DNA of 64,000 bases. Origin: an uncultured Verrucomicrobia subdivision 3 bacterium (GTDB taxonomy: Bacteria; Verrucomicrobiota; Verrucomicrobiia; Limisphaerales; UBA11358). The DNA lies in assembly GCA_903936645.1 (NCBI GenBank), contig CAIZWI010000183.1, positions 5,835-69,834 on the forward strand, in the 5' to 3' direction. The notes under the pieces were generated by a model, which made no database searches, was not told the DNA's origin, and was given only the letters and a program-made list of their open reading frames with translations. Positions 8,407 to 18,361 of this stretch are shown piece after piece (the first letter of the stretch is position 1; every line of letters begins with the position of its first letter). The translations under genes and the position numbers were made by a program.

Positions 8407-10383
8407 ATGAAAATCCAAACGCCCCTCCTGTTCACCCTCGTGCGCCGCTGCCTCTTGCCGGTGCTGGCTTTTGCCGCGAGCGCCACCTGCGGCCACGCCA
8501 CCACTTACAATCCGCCCCAGCTCATGGCCTACCAGGGCTACCTCACCGATGCCAGTGGCAACGCCTTGGGCAGCACCAACACGGGGCCGAAAAATTATAA
8601 CGTGGTCTTCCGCATTTGGGATAACCAGGCCGGTGGCACCATCAGTGGCACCGATGAACTCTACGCCGAGCAGCAAACCGTTACCGTAAACAACGGTTAC
8701 TTCAGCGTCTTGCTCGGCCAGGGCAGCCCTTACGCCACTGAGCCCCACACCAACCAACTTTCCGGTCTGTTCACCGGCACCACACCCAATACCCTCTATG
8801 TGGAAATGACCGTGTTGGGAATTGGGATCTCCGGCGCCAATATCACCATCGCGCCCCGGTTGCAACTGCTCACCTCGGCCTATTCCTTCCTCTCCGCCAA
8901 TGCGGTCAACGCGGTTAATGCGAATACCGCCGTCAGCGCCGCCAGTTTGTTGGTGCCAAACAGTGTTTCCAACCCCAACAATGTGCCCGCGGTGACGGTC
9001 ACCCCGGCTGGGAATGTGGGCATCGGCACCAACAACCCCACCGTCCCCTTGCAGGTGGCGGGGGCGATTGGGGCAGGCTCGCTTAATTTGTCCAGCTCCA
9101 GTGCGAGCCCCTTGCTGGCCTTGCAGAATCCGGTCACCGACCCTGCCGGCTTCTGGGGCTTTTATTACGGACAGGGCGGTAGTAACAGCTTGAGCCTGAA
9201 TTATTCCAATGGTGTCAACTCGGCCGCGGCCTTGACGCTCGCCACCAATGGGAATGTGGGCATTGGCGGGGTCTTCACTCCGCAGTCTCCGCTCGACGTA
9301 GAAACTACCAATTCTTTAGCTGCCACGATCGCTGGTAACAATGCCAGCGGAACCTGGCTTTCCTTGGGGAGCGATTATGGCTATGGCAATTACTGGAACA
9401 TGATCGCCAAGCCCGGCTTGAGTTTGAACATGGATCAGCTCGTGATCAGCTGGGGCAACACGCCTGCCAATGAAACCACCGATGTTCTAACGCTGCAAAA
9501 TGGCGGTAATGGGGTGGGTTCGATCGGCGGCCGGGTCGGCATCAACACCACCGCACCGCAGGCGCCGCTGGATGTGGAAGGCACGGCTTTAACCCAATAC
9601 GAAAGTTACTTTTCCTATTTTCAAACATCCGGCACCACCTTGTACCTCGGCGCTGGCAATACCATCCGGCAAAACACGGTGGCGGGTAATCAATACGTGA
9701 GTATTTTCACCAGCGGCAACATCGGCGCTACCGTTTATTATGCCTTTTCTGATGCCCGCATCAAAAATATTTCCGGCATTTCTTCCAGCGCAACGGATCT
9801 GGCGACGCTGCGGGGCATTCAAGTGACCGATTTTACTTATAAAGACGTGGTGGCCAAAGGCAGCAGCCCCGTGAAAAAAGTGGTCGCCCAACAGGTGGAA
9901 AAAGTTTTCCCCCAGGCTGTTAGCCAGGGCAAGGGAGTGATTCCGGATATTTATCGGCCGGCTTCGGTTCACGCTGGCTGGGTCCAAGTCTCGACGGATC
10001 TCAAGCCGGGTGAGCGCGTGCGTTTGATCGGCCAGGACAACGTCTCCGCGGTGTATGATGTGCTCTCCGTCACGAAAGATGCCTTCCAGGTCAAGCTGCC
10101 GGAAACCTTGGACCACGTCTTCGTTTATGGCCGCGAGGTGAATGATTTCCGCACGGTCGACTACGACGCCATTGCCATGCTCAATGTCAGTGCCACCCAG
10201 GAACTGGCCAATCGTTTGGACAAATTAGAGGCCCGGGCCAGCCAGGTCGCCGCTTTGGAGCGGGAAGTGGGTGATTTGAAAAAGCTTGTCACCCAATTGG
10301 CGGAAGCCGCCAAGACTTCCAAATTGACCGCGCAGCGCGCCGTTGATGCCTCCGCGGTCACCACCGCCGGCCTGGATCGCTAA
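8407..10383 (+). CDS. Tail-fibre-like exported protein with C-terminal S74 intramolecular-chaperone (endosialidase chaperone) domain (operon gene 2)
   Basis: Signal peptide at the N-terminus. Three GNVGIGT-type motifs (GNVGIGTNNPTVPLQV, GNVGIGGVFTPQSPLDV, GRVGINTTAPQAPLDV). Autocleavage-type motif YAFSDARIKNISG, with the Ser codon at 9748-9750, followed by LRGIQVTDFTYKD...KKVVAQQVEKVFPQAV and a terminal coiled coil. Confidence 0.85.
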   Translation: MKIQTPLLFTLVRRCLLPVLAFAASATCGHATTYNPPQLMAYQGYLTDASGNALGSTNTGPKNYNVVFRIWDNQAGGTISGTDELYAEQQTVTVNNGYFSVLLGQGSPYATEPHTNQLSGLFTGTTPNTLYVEMTVLGIGISGANITIAPRLQLLTSAYSFLSANAVNAVNANTAVSAASLLVPNSVSNPNNVPAVTVTPAGNVGIGTNNPTVPLQVAGAIGAGSLNLSSSSASPLLALQNPVTDPAGFWGFYYGQGGSNSLSLNYSNGVNSAAALTLATNGNVGIGGVFTPQSPLDVETTNSLAATIAGNNASGTWLSLGSDYGYGNYWNMIAKPGLSLNMDQLVISWGNTPANETTDVLTLQNGGNGVGSIGGRVGINTTAPQAPLDVEGTALTQYESYFSYFQTSGTTLYLGAGNTIRQNTVAGNQYVSIFTSGNIGATVYYAFSDARIKNISGISSSATDLATLRGIQVTDFTYKDVVAKGSSPVKKVVAQQVEKVFPQAVSQGKGVIPDIYRPASVHAGWVQVSTDLKPGERVRLIGQDNVSAVYDVLSVTKDAFQVKLPETLDHVFVYGREVNDFRTVDYDAIAMLNVSATQELANRLDKLEARASQVAALEREVGDLKKLVTQLAEAAKTSKLTAQRAVDASAVTTAGLDR

Positions 10384-10417
10384 ACCAACCTTGGGCAACC
10401 GCCCGTCGTCAATTCTT

Positions 10418-13400
10418 ATGAAACAAAAGCTTTGCCTGCTGTGCTGCCTGCTGGCCCTGTGGACCGGCGCCGGGCGGCTGCTGGGCCAACAATTAATCGG
10501 GATTCAGTACAGTCAAACGGCCATCACCTATAACTTGCAAGCGATGGGTGGGGTGCCCATTTCGGCGGTGGTCAACCACCCGCCTGGCTCCAACGGCAAG
10601 TTGCCTCCCACCGACGCCCTGGGATTTTATATCCCGGCCACCACCAATCAGTTTGCCGGCCTGCTGGGCTTCAGTGGGCTCACGGCACCCACCAATTGGG
10701 TGATTTTGAATGGCAATGCTGCCTTGCTCAACGGGAACACCGCCTTCTCCGCCCCGGTGGCGCAGGCCATGGGCCTGCCGGTTGGATTCAATAATGGAAC
10801 AGTGGCCTTGGTGCTCCAAAATGTGCATATTGGGACGCCCTTTGTCGCGGCTCCCGTTTCTTATAACTTTGGCAGTATCATCACCCCGCCGGCCAACGAC
10901 GTTCATGGCCTTGTCCTGACCAACCCGCCGTCATCCTACTGGCAGAGCGTGCCCTGGTCGGCCAGCAATCATACGAATGACCCTTACTATTACAGTCCCA
11001 ATGCCGGGGTGGTGTTTGCCACCCAGCCCGGCCAGGTGAATATCACCTGGATCACCGCCGGGTCCTATACCGATGTCAGCCCGCTTAATTATGTGAATCC
11101 TGGCGGTGCCGCTTATCCCAGTTTTTACACCAATGGGGCTTATATCTACTTGCTGTACACGTCCACCTACATTGTTTCGGGCACCCCGGTGAAGCCGCCG
11201 CAAAAAATGTATTGGACCGAAAATTCCTTCATCAAATTGGGGCACCCTGTCTCGGTGGCCAACGGTCGCGTCACCTCCGTGCATGTCCAATATAACACCG
11301 ATTTTCCGGCGAAGGTGGCCACGCCCTACCAGGATCCCAATTACGCCGCCCCGGCTCCGGCCACCAATACATTTCAGGAATACCGGACCCTTTGGTTTGA
11401 CTCGACCCTCAATGCCATCCGGGCTTATAACGCCCAGGGCCGGGTGTTCGTGGAACTGCTGGGCGCCCCCATCCCCGGGGCGAATGCCAGCCAGTATCTT
11501 GGCTTTGAAATTGTCGACGTGAGCCAGGCTCCCGTAGCTGCGAATGTTACCATTCCGCTGGGCAACCCACTGACGCCTTACCAGGATGGTTTCGAAAATG
11601 CGAGCCTTACGCCCGCACCGATTCAAAATACTGTCGGCACCCAATTCTATTATCTCCAGCCGGGCACTCCGCCCACGCTGTACGCCGATAAATTTACCGC
11701 CGACCCGAATGATTTGCAGGTTTACTGGCTTAGTCCAGGTGTCGGTGGCTTGCTTTGGCCGAACCTGTTTGTCGATTACAATCTCGTCTGGCCGGCGGAT
11801 CCTGCGCAATATAGTTATTACCTCCGTCCCCTAGTGGCCACTCCGGCGCAGGCCGCCCTGACCGCCGTGCTCTTGGCTGGCAGCGAATCCCCCGCGTTGG
11901 ATTATCAGGATCCGCTGGACCAAACGCGCGGATTTATGTCGGCCGCCTCCCAGTTCTATACTTGGCTCAGCCCGGCTTACCCGGCGCATCGCTCCCTGCT
12001 GCGGTTTAATTCTGGGAATCAAGTGCGGTTTGAGCGCGTTTTCTCCTACCTGGGCCAGGCGCTTCAAACCAACGCTCTCTTTGCCGGCTCCGTGGCCACC
12101 AATCTGACGGCTTGGAATCCGTCCAACAATACCCTTACCAATTACGCCAGTGGCTTCAACCCTCCTTACGCCACCAACCTCCCCGCTTATGTGGGTCAGG
12201 CCCTGACCGATCCGCCGGGCGAAATCGGTTCTACCAATGGCACCTATGGCGATTATTGGGCGGGGTATATTAATACGAACCTGAATAATTCCCCGATGCT
12301 GTCCAGCTTGAACACCAACTTGGGCAACTCTTATGACCCCTATACCTATGTGGACCCGTTTGTGAGCGGCTTTGCCTCCGCCAATCAGGGTGCCATCATT
12401 CCCGTGAATGCCATCCCCGGGCACAACCTCCTGGAGGTTTGGTGGTTTCGGCGTAATGCCGCTGACCCGGTCCTCGGCTTCCAACCCGTCTATTGGCCCT
12501 CGATCATCGCCGATTACACCATCCAATGGCCGGCCAATGCGCCGCAAATCGTGATGGCGGACAATGCCGGCAGCCATCAACTGCCCAGCCCCCAGTCTTC
12601 GGGAAATATTTATTCTCAGCCCGATCCCACCCAGCCCGGCTTCAATCCCAACGAGGAGCACGCCCTCATGCTGGCCGGCACCGCCTACGCGTTACGGGAC
12701 GATCTGAATAATACCAATCCCGGAAGTCAGTTTACGTCGGTGCCTTATGCCCTGATTGGGTATACCAATGTGGATGGCCGTCCCGCCATGCTGGCCTATC
12801 AGGTACGGCGCGAGGCTCCGGAGGCAGGTAAACTGTTTGATTACATCGTTAATGCCGGCACCCAGTTGCAGGCACCCATGCCGCTGCCGTTGATGGCCCT
12901 GCCGCTTGCGCCCAACACCAATTATCCGACCGGTGTGACAAATTTTGATACCGCCCCGCAAGCGGCGGGCGGTGATCTGCCGTCGGGCTGGAATCCCACC
13001 ACCGATCCCTCCGGCCCATTCTCGCTTTATCAGGGTTTTACTTTTCAGGACCGCAAACATAATTTTTGGGTCTATCGTGGTCCTCATGCCGGCCTGCCTG
13101 TGCTGGCTGCGGGCGCCTACAATACCAATAGCGGTAATTTTGACCCCCTCCCTGCGGGTACCGCTGTCGTCGGGTCCAATTATAATTACTACATTCATCT
13201 CTCTCGTTTGCTGCCTTCCCTGACGGTGGGAGCCTCGAATCTGCCGCCCGGTCTGGCCATCCTGGAAAATGTTACAAACGGACTCAGCATCAGTGGCATT
13301 CCGACCATGCCCGGCACTTACACGGCGGGGATAACCATCGCGGACACGGATGGCAGTTCGGTGAGCCTGCCACTGTCGCTCACCATCGTTGCCACCGGCT

Positions 13401-16400
13401 CGGTGGTCGCGCTGGGGCCCCTCGCCATCACCAGCACCAATGCCTATTCCGGTGCGGTGGTGACGTATAACCGCCCCCCTGCCTTGGCCGCACCGCCCAC
13501 CCCTGCCAATAGCTTCACGATGCGCTTTTATTACAAAACGCAGGCTGGCTTTGACTGGCCCGGCGTGGCTAATCCGCCTCCGGTGGGGTCCATCGTACCC
13601 TACCTGTTGCCTGTGCAAAACGGTGCACCCATCGGCGATGCCACCAGCAGCAACACCCCCAGCTTAAATATTGTTTACCGGCCCGTCTGGCCTGGTTTGG
13701 GGGCCGACGGCCAGTCTCCGTTGCCCACCTTGCAATTGGGCCAGACGCTGACCACGGCCATTAATGGCCTCGCCGCCGTGCGCGGTCAGGACAGCGTGGA
13801 AGTCCTCTATCAGCAATCGATCGCCACCAATGCAGTTCTCGCTAATACGGCGGCCAGTGTGGTGCTCTTCGACCCCACGGTGCAAAAAACCTGCACCCTG
13901 AGCGCCGTTCCTTATGGGATGCTAACTGATACTGCCAACGGGCTGGTTTACTTTCCCAACCTTCCGCCGAATTTAATCAGCCGCTTTTGGTATGATCCGA
14001 ATCAGCAGAAATTGGTGCTTGCCGGCAAGTTTGTCCCCGATCCGGTCAATGGCAATTATGTGATGTTAAATGTCCTTAGCGCCAATGACCTTGCAGCCTT
14101 GTACAATTTATATCCCTCCCCGAACACAACGGAAAACTACCACGCCTGGGCCTCGCAGGTGGATAGTTTGATGGCCCCGGTTTACACCAAGGCCGAGAAT
14201 CCGGCGGTGCCGGGCAGCTATGTCATCAATCCCAAGCTAACCGTGAACCGCCGCGCCGCGGATCTGGTGGAAGTCACCAACTCCGACACGGCGGTGGATT
14301 CGTATGCCATGAGCGCCACTGGTCCGGGTCAGGGCTACATTAGCTATGTGGTCGCCAACGGCCATGATCCCAAGTACACCGGCGACCCCATCACAGTTTA
14401 CATTGCCCGGGTCGGTGCGCCTTTGTTCGCCGGCAATCTGGTGGTGGCCAACATGGCCAACGCGAGTCCATTCAGCCAGCTGGTCACCTTCCAGCACACG
14501 GCCGATCTGGCCGGCCGGACCGGTAATTACGCTTATGATTGGCGCATTCAGCCGCCTGTTAATGGTGCGGTACCGCGGGCGGATGAATCCACCTGGACCC
14601 CGCTGCCGCAAACGAGCCCTGGTCCTGTGTTCACGCTGGGAGCCGCCGGTATTCAAGGCCTCAGTGATAATTATATTTCCATGCGTTATGGCTACACCAA
14701 TGCCGCCACCGGAAACATTGTTTGGTCGGCGTGGGTCAACCCCATCCTGGCACAAGGCTGGATCAAACGTGTCACTGAAAACCTGGACCCCATCGCGGGT
14801 GAAACCCAGAATTTGTATAATAACCCCGCCACCACCACGGCCAGCATCATCAGCCTGGCGGGTGCGCGTTGGGATGGCAACGTGCCATTGAATGCGGCCT
14901 CCCTGACCAATAACGGACTGATTCAACTGTATGAAACCGTGCTCAACATTGGCAAATCGCTCAGCATCAATTCCGGGATCAACTATGGCCCGGCCAACCA
15001 GGCCTTGTTGCTCGCGGCCGGTTATCTGAACGACTTTTACACGACGCTCGGTAATGCTGCCTGGGCCAATTCGCTTAATCCCACGATTGGTTTTGGCACC
15101 GATAACCAGGCCTACGGTAATATTGCCACCTCGCAATTTGTCTTCGAGGGCCAGGAATCTACCCTGTTGGAGCAAAACCTGGCATTGCTGCGCGGGCGGG
15201 ATGACAGTCTTTCCCCGGGCGTGTCGGTGCCCCCGGTCTATAACCACTTATGGTGGAACTACACCTACGGTTTGGCGGCTGGCCAGGTCATGTACGCTCT
15301 GAATTACAACATCACCGACCAAAACGGCGATGGCGTGGTGAATGCCGCGGATGCCCAGATCATGTATCCCCAAGGCCATGGTGATGCTTATGGGCATTAT
15401 CTCACGGCGCTCATGAACTATTACGAGCTCCTGATGAACCCGAATTTTGATTGGATTCCCCAAAGCCAGGCGGTCACGGTTCTGGGTGCCACTGTGGCGG
15501 TAAATTATCAGGACGAACAAAAATTTGCGGCCACCTCAGCAGCTCTGGCGCGTTCGGGACGACAAGTTTTTGATCTAACCTGGCGGCAGGACTATGTCCC
15601 CGGCACGGCCGGTGGTTGGAATTATTTTGCCAGCAACCATGTGGGGCAATACACCTACATGGACAACCAGGGCAACACCCAGCCAATCACGCGCTACTGG
15701 GGGATGGACCATTGGGCGTCGCGGGTGGGGCAGGGAACGTATTTAAACTGGGTCGTGGGCAACTCCATCCTTCCGCCCAAGGATCTCAACCCAAATGATC
15801 AGGGTATCCAGATTGTTGACCGCACCACCGTGTCCGATCTCCAGGAACTGCCCCAGACGGCTGCTGCGCTCCAAACTGACTTGAATAATGCCAACGCCGG
15901 ATTTACCCCGCTGGGACTGGCCCAGAACGCCATTCCTTTTGACATCAATCCGCAACAGGTGACGGGAGCCAACCCGCAAACCCACTTTGACCAAATTTAC
16001 GACCGCGCGGTGCAAGCCTTGAACAATGCTGTGGTGGCCTTTAATGCCGCCCAGAACGTCACCCAAAATTTGCGCCAGCAACAGAATTCACTCACCGACC
16101 TGCAAGACGCCGCCAATGCCCAGGAACAAGCCTATACCGACCAGTTGATTGAACTGTTTGGCACGCCCTATCCGGACGATATTGGAGCCGGCCAAACTTA
16201 TCCTCAAGGCTACACCGGTCCGGATTTGTTCCATTACATGTATGTCGAAAATCCCGCCACCAATACTTTTGGTGGCCAATTGACGGACCCAACCACCTTT
16301 CAATCCTTTAAGGTGGACATGCAAAAATTGAGTGATGGCTGGCCCACCAATTACCTTTATGATTTTTACAAAATCGTGCCGCAAAAAAACCAGTATTATG

Positions 16401-18343
16401 ATCCAGGATCGGAATATGTCCTATTTAATATCGGTGCGGATGGCTTCAGTAAACCGGCCAGTTGGACCACCCAGCGGAATGCGGTTGGCAGCCTGCAAAC
16501 TGCGGCGGGAGCGGTGAATGTTGCCCAGGATAAACTTCGCGAGGACTTGAGCGGGATCGAGTCTGACAAAGACAGCTTTGATCGCGCCGTCGCCCTGTTT
16601 TACGCCCAAAAAGACACCAATGACCTGACTTTGGCGATCCAGGCGGACAGTACGAAGCAGCAGCAAGATCAAAACCTGGCTCAAGAAGAGGTTGCCATCA
16701 CTACATCTAGTGGTGCCATCGCGACTGGTCTGTTCTCGGATGAAATGGACTTGCTTACCAAGGACGCCCCTTCGACCACCATTCTCGGAACTGCTGTTGG
16801 TGGGGATCAAGTGAAGCTTTTTACAGAGGCTGCGGCCCTTCCGATTAACATACTCAAGGAGACCACAGCTATCACTATTGCCCAGGCTAATGACGAACTC
16901 GCCAACCGAATCAAAAATTTTCAAAACGCCGCCGCCCTGAATACGCAAAAAATTGCCACCAATGCCTACTACACCAGCCTGCAGAATTCCTCGGTAACTC
17001 TCGCCAAACAACTGAGCGACTTGCATGGGAAATTGGGCAATATCCATGCCGACCAGATCGCTCTTAATAATGCCCATGCCAGTTATCAGGCCCTCGTGGC
17101 CAAGGGCAACCGAATTCTAATGGAGCGTCAGACGTTCCGGCAGCACACCGCCGCCAAGGTTCAGGGTTACACCGTGGCAAATTCCGCCTTCCTGGTCTTT
17201 CAGAATGAAGATTTGGAACGGTACAATACGCTCTTCGATCTCGCTGCCAAGTATGCCTGGATGGCTGCCAGCGCTTATGATTACGAGACCGGCCAATTGG
17301 GCACCCCGGCGGGCAAGCGTTACTTGAATCAAATCATCAGTTCCTCCGCCCTCGGCGTAATTCAAAACGGCCAGCCCCAGATCTCCGGCACCACCACCGG
17401 CGACCCCGGTTTGGCCAACGCCCTCGCCGAAATGAAGGCCGACTATGACACCCTCAAAGGCCGCCTCGGCTTTAATAACCCCGATGGCTATGGCACCACT
17501 GTGTCGCTTCGCTCCGAAAACTACCGCATCAATGCTGATTCGACCGGTGATAACAACTGGAAACAGGTGCTCGAACAGGGACTGGTGCCCGACCTGCTGG
17601 CGGACAGCGATGTCAGACGCAATTGCCTGCAAATTGACAATGGCAGTGGTGCGGCAGTGCCGGGGATTGAATTGACCTTCAGCACAACTATTACGGATGG
17701 TCAAAACCTCTTCGGGCAACCCGTCGGACCGGGCGACCACGCCTTCAGCTCCAGTTCCTTCGCCACCAAAATCTTCTCGCTGGGGGTGGATTTGGACGGT
17801 TATGTGGGAATGGACAACCCGGTTTCCAACAGCGGTGCGGGCGGTACGACTCCCGCCGATCCCACCTTGGATCCCAATGGCATGTCAGCCACGCCTTACG
17901 TATATTTGATCCCCTGTGGTGCCGACTCCATGCGCAGTCCGCCGTTGGGGGACACGAGCACGATCCGCACGTGGAATGTGGATGACGTGGCCATTCCGCT
18001 ACCCTTTAACATTGGTGCCTCAGACTTTTCCGACGCACCGTTTTATCAGGCCGCCGATTCGCTCTCCGAACCGCTCTTTGCCGTGCGCAAACACCAGGCT
18101 TTCCGTCCCGTTTCCAGCCTGGCGGCCTTCAACACCAGCATCTACGGGGCCACCGGCGCTTTGCAACCTTCGCAATATACCAACAAACGCCTGATCGGAC
18201 GGTCGGTATGGAACAGCAAATGGAAATTGGTCATTCCGGGGAAAACCCTCCTGGCCGATCCTAACCAGGGCCTGCAACGCTTCATTAATTCCGTGAAGGA
18301 TATTCACTTGTACTTCGTCACCTATTCCTATTCCGGTAATTAA
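10418..18343 (+). CDS. Giant (2641-aa) exported protein with a He_PIG-type Ig unit and a long C-terminal helical hairpin (operon gene 3)
   Basis: Uninterrupted ORF. ATG 10418 gives the signal peptide MKQKLCLLCCLLALWTGAGRLLG. The ORF is open from 10343, but that start overlaps gene 2. Ig unit LPPGLAILENVTNGLSISGIPTMPGTYTAGITIADTDG (~13225-13395). Q/A/N/L-rich helical region ~15990-17300. All antisense ORFs here are arginine/glycine-rich shadows. Confidence 0.85.
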   Translation: MKQKLCLLCCLLALWTGAGRLLGQQLIGIQYSQTAITYNLQAMGGVPISAVVNHPPGSNGKLPPTDALGFYIPATTNQFAGLLGFSGLTAPTNWVILNGNAALLNGNTAFSAPVAQAMGLPVGFNNGTVALVLQNVHIGTPFVAAPVSYNFGSIITPPANDVHGLVLTNPPSSYWQSVPWSASNHTNDPYYYSPNAGVVFATQPGQVNITWITAGSYTDVSPLNYVNPGGAAYPSFYTNGAYIYLLYTSTYIVSGTPVKPPQKMYWTENSFIKLGHPVSVANGRVTSVHVQYNTDFPAKVATPYQDPNYAAPAPATNTFQEYRTLWFDSTLNAIRAYNAQGRVFVELLGAPIPGANASQYLGFEIVDVSQAPVAANVTIPLGNPLTPYQDGFENASLTPAPIQNTVGTQFYYLQPGTPPTLYADKFTADPNDLQVYWLSPGVGGLLWPNLFVDYNLVWPADPAQYSYYLRPLVATPAQAALTAVLLAGSESPALDYQDPLDQTRGFMSAASQFYTWLSPAYPAHRSLLRFNSGNQVRFERVFSYLGQALQTNALFAGSVATNLTAWNPSNNTLTNYASGFNPPYATNLPAYVGQALTDPPGEIGSTNGTYGDYWAGYINTNLNNSPMLSSLNTNLGNSYDPYTYVDPFVSGFASANQGAIIPVNAIPGHNLLEVWWFRRNAADPVLGFQPVYWPSIIADYTIQWPANAPQIVMADNAGSHQLPSPQSSGNIYSQPDPTQPGFNPNEEHALMLAGTAYALRDDLNNTNPGSQFTSVPYALIGYTNVDGRPAMLAYQVRREAPEAGKLFDYIVNAGTQLQAPMPLPLMALPLAPNTNYPTGVTNFDTAPQAAGGDLPSGWNPTTDPSGPFSLYQGFTFQDRKHNFWVYRGPHAGLPVLAAGAYNTNSGNFDPLPAGTAVVGSNYNYYIHLSRLLPSLTVGASNLPPGLAILENVTNGLSISGIPTMPGTYTAGITIADTDGSSVSLPLSLTIVATGSVVALGPLAITSTNAYSGAVVTYNRPPALAAPPTPANSFTMRFYYKTQAGFDWPGVANPPPVGSIVPYLLPVQNGAPIGDATSSNTPSLNIVYRPVWPGLGADGQSPLPTLQLGQTLTTAINGLAAVRGQDSVEVLYQQSIATNAVLANTAASVVLFDPTVQKTCTLSAVPYGMLTDTANGLVYFPNLPPNLISRFWYDPNQQKLVLAGKFVPDPVNGNYVMLNVLSANDLAALYNLYPSPNTTENYHAWASQVDSLMAPVYTKAENPAVPGSYVINPKLTVNRRAADLVEVTNSDTAVDSYAMSATGPGQGYISYVVANGHDPKYTGDPITVYIARVGAPLFAGNLVVANMANASPFSQLVTFQHTADLAGRTGNYAYDWRIQPPVNGAVPRADESTWTPLPQTSPGPVFTLGAAGIQGLSDNYISMRYGYTNAATGNIVWSAWVNPILAQGWIKRVTENLDPIAGETQNLYNNPATTTASIISLAGARWDGNVPLNAASLTNNGLIQLYETVLNIGKSLSINSGINYGPANQALLLAAGYLNDFYTTLGNAAWANSLNPTIGFGTDNQAYGNIATSQFVFEGQESTLLEQNLALLRGRDDSLSPGVSVPPVYNHLWWNYTYGLAAGQVMYALNYNITDQNGDGVVNAADAQIMYPQGHGDAYGHYLTALMNYYELLMNPNFDWIPQSQAVTVLGATVAVNYQDEQKFAATSAALARSGRQVFDLTWRQDYVPGTAGGWNYFASNHVGQYTYMDNQGNTQPITRYWGMDHWASRVGQGTYLNWVVGNSILPPKDLNPNDQGIQIVDRTTVSDLQELPQTAAALQTDLNNANAGFTPLGLAQNAIPFDINPQQVTGANPQTHFDQIYDRAVQALNNAVVAFNAAQNVTQNLRQQQNSLTDLQDAANAQEQAYTDQLIELFGTPYPDDIGAGQTYPQGYTGPDLFHYMYVENPATNTFGGQLTDPTTFQSFKVDMQKLSDGWPTNYLYDFYKIVPQKNQYYDPGSEYVLFNIGADGFSKPASWTTQRNAVGSLQTAAGAVNVAQDKLREDLSGIESDKDSFDRAVALFYAQKDTNDLTLAIQADSTKQQQDQNLAQEEVAITTSSGAIATGLFSDEMDLLTKDAPSTTILGTAVGGDQVKLFTEAAALPINILKETTAITIAQANDELANRIKNFQNAAALNTQKIATNAYYTSLQNSSVTLAKQLSDLHGKLGNIHADQIALNNAHASYQALVAKGNRILMERQTFRQHTAAKVQGYTVANSAFLVFQNEDLERYNTLFDLAAKYAWMAASAYDYETGQLGTPAGKRYLNQIISSSALGVIQNGQPQISGTTTGDPGLANALAEMKADYDTLKGRLGFNNPDGYGTTVSLRSENYRINADSTGDNNWKQVLEQGLVPDLLADSDVRRNCLQIDNGSGAAVPGIELTFSTTITDGQNLFGQPVGPGDHAFSSSSFATKIFSLGVDLDGYVGMDNPVSNSGAGGTTPADPTLDPNGMSATPYVYLIPCGADSMRSPPLGDTSTIRTWNVDDVAIPLPFNIGASDFSDAPFYQAADSLSEPLFAVRKHQAFRPVSSLAAFNTSIYGATGALQPSQYTNKRLIGRSVWNSKWKLVIPGKTLLADPNQGLQRFINSVKDIHLYFVTYSYSGN

Positions 18344-18361
18344 TCAAAAAACCTTCTCCCT

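Noticed and set aside
8407-10383. Prophage or tailocin origin for the S74 tail-fibre gene.
   Set aside because: No capsid, portal, terminase, sheath, tube, baseplate, holin/lysin or integrase genes occur anywhere in the 64 kb. The gene has a Sec signal peptide and is embedded in an operon of non-phage exported proteins.
10343-10417. Upstream extension of the giant ORF (start at 10343).
   Set aside because: It overlaps the last 41 nt of the tail-fibre gene and encodes a Pro/Arg-rich peptide. ATG 10418 gives a canonical signal peptide and a 35-nt gap, in line with the other operon junctions.
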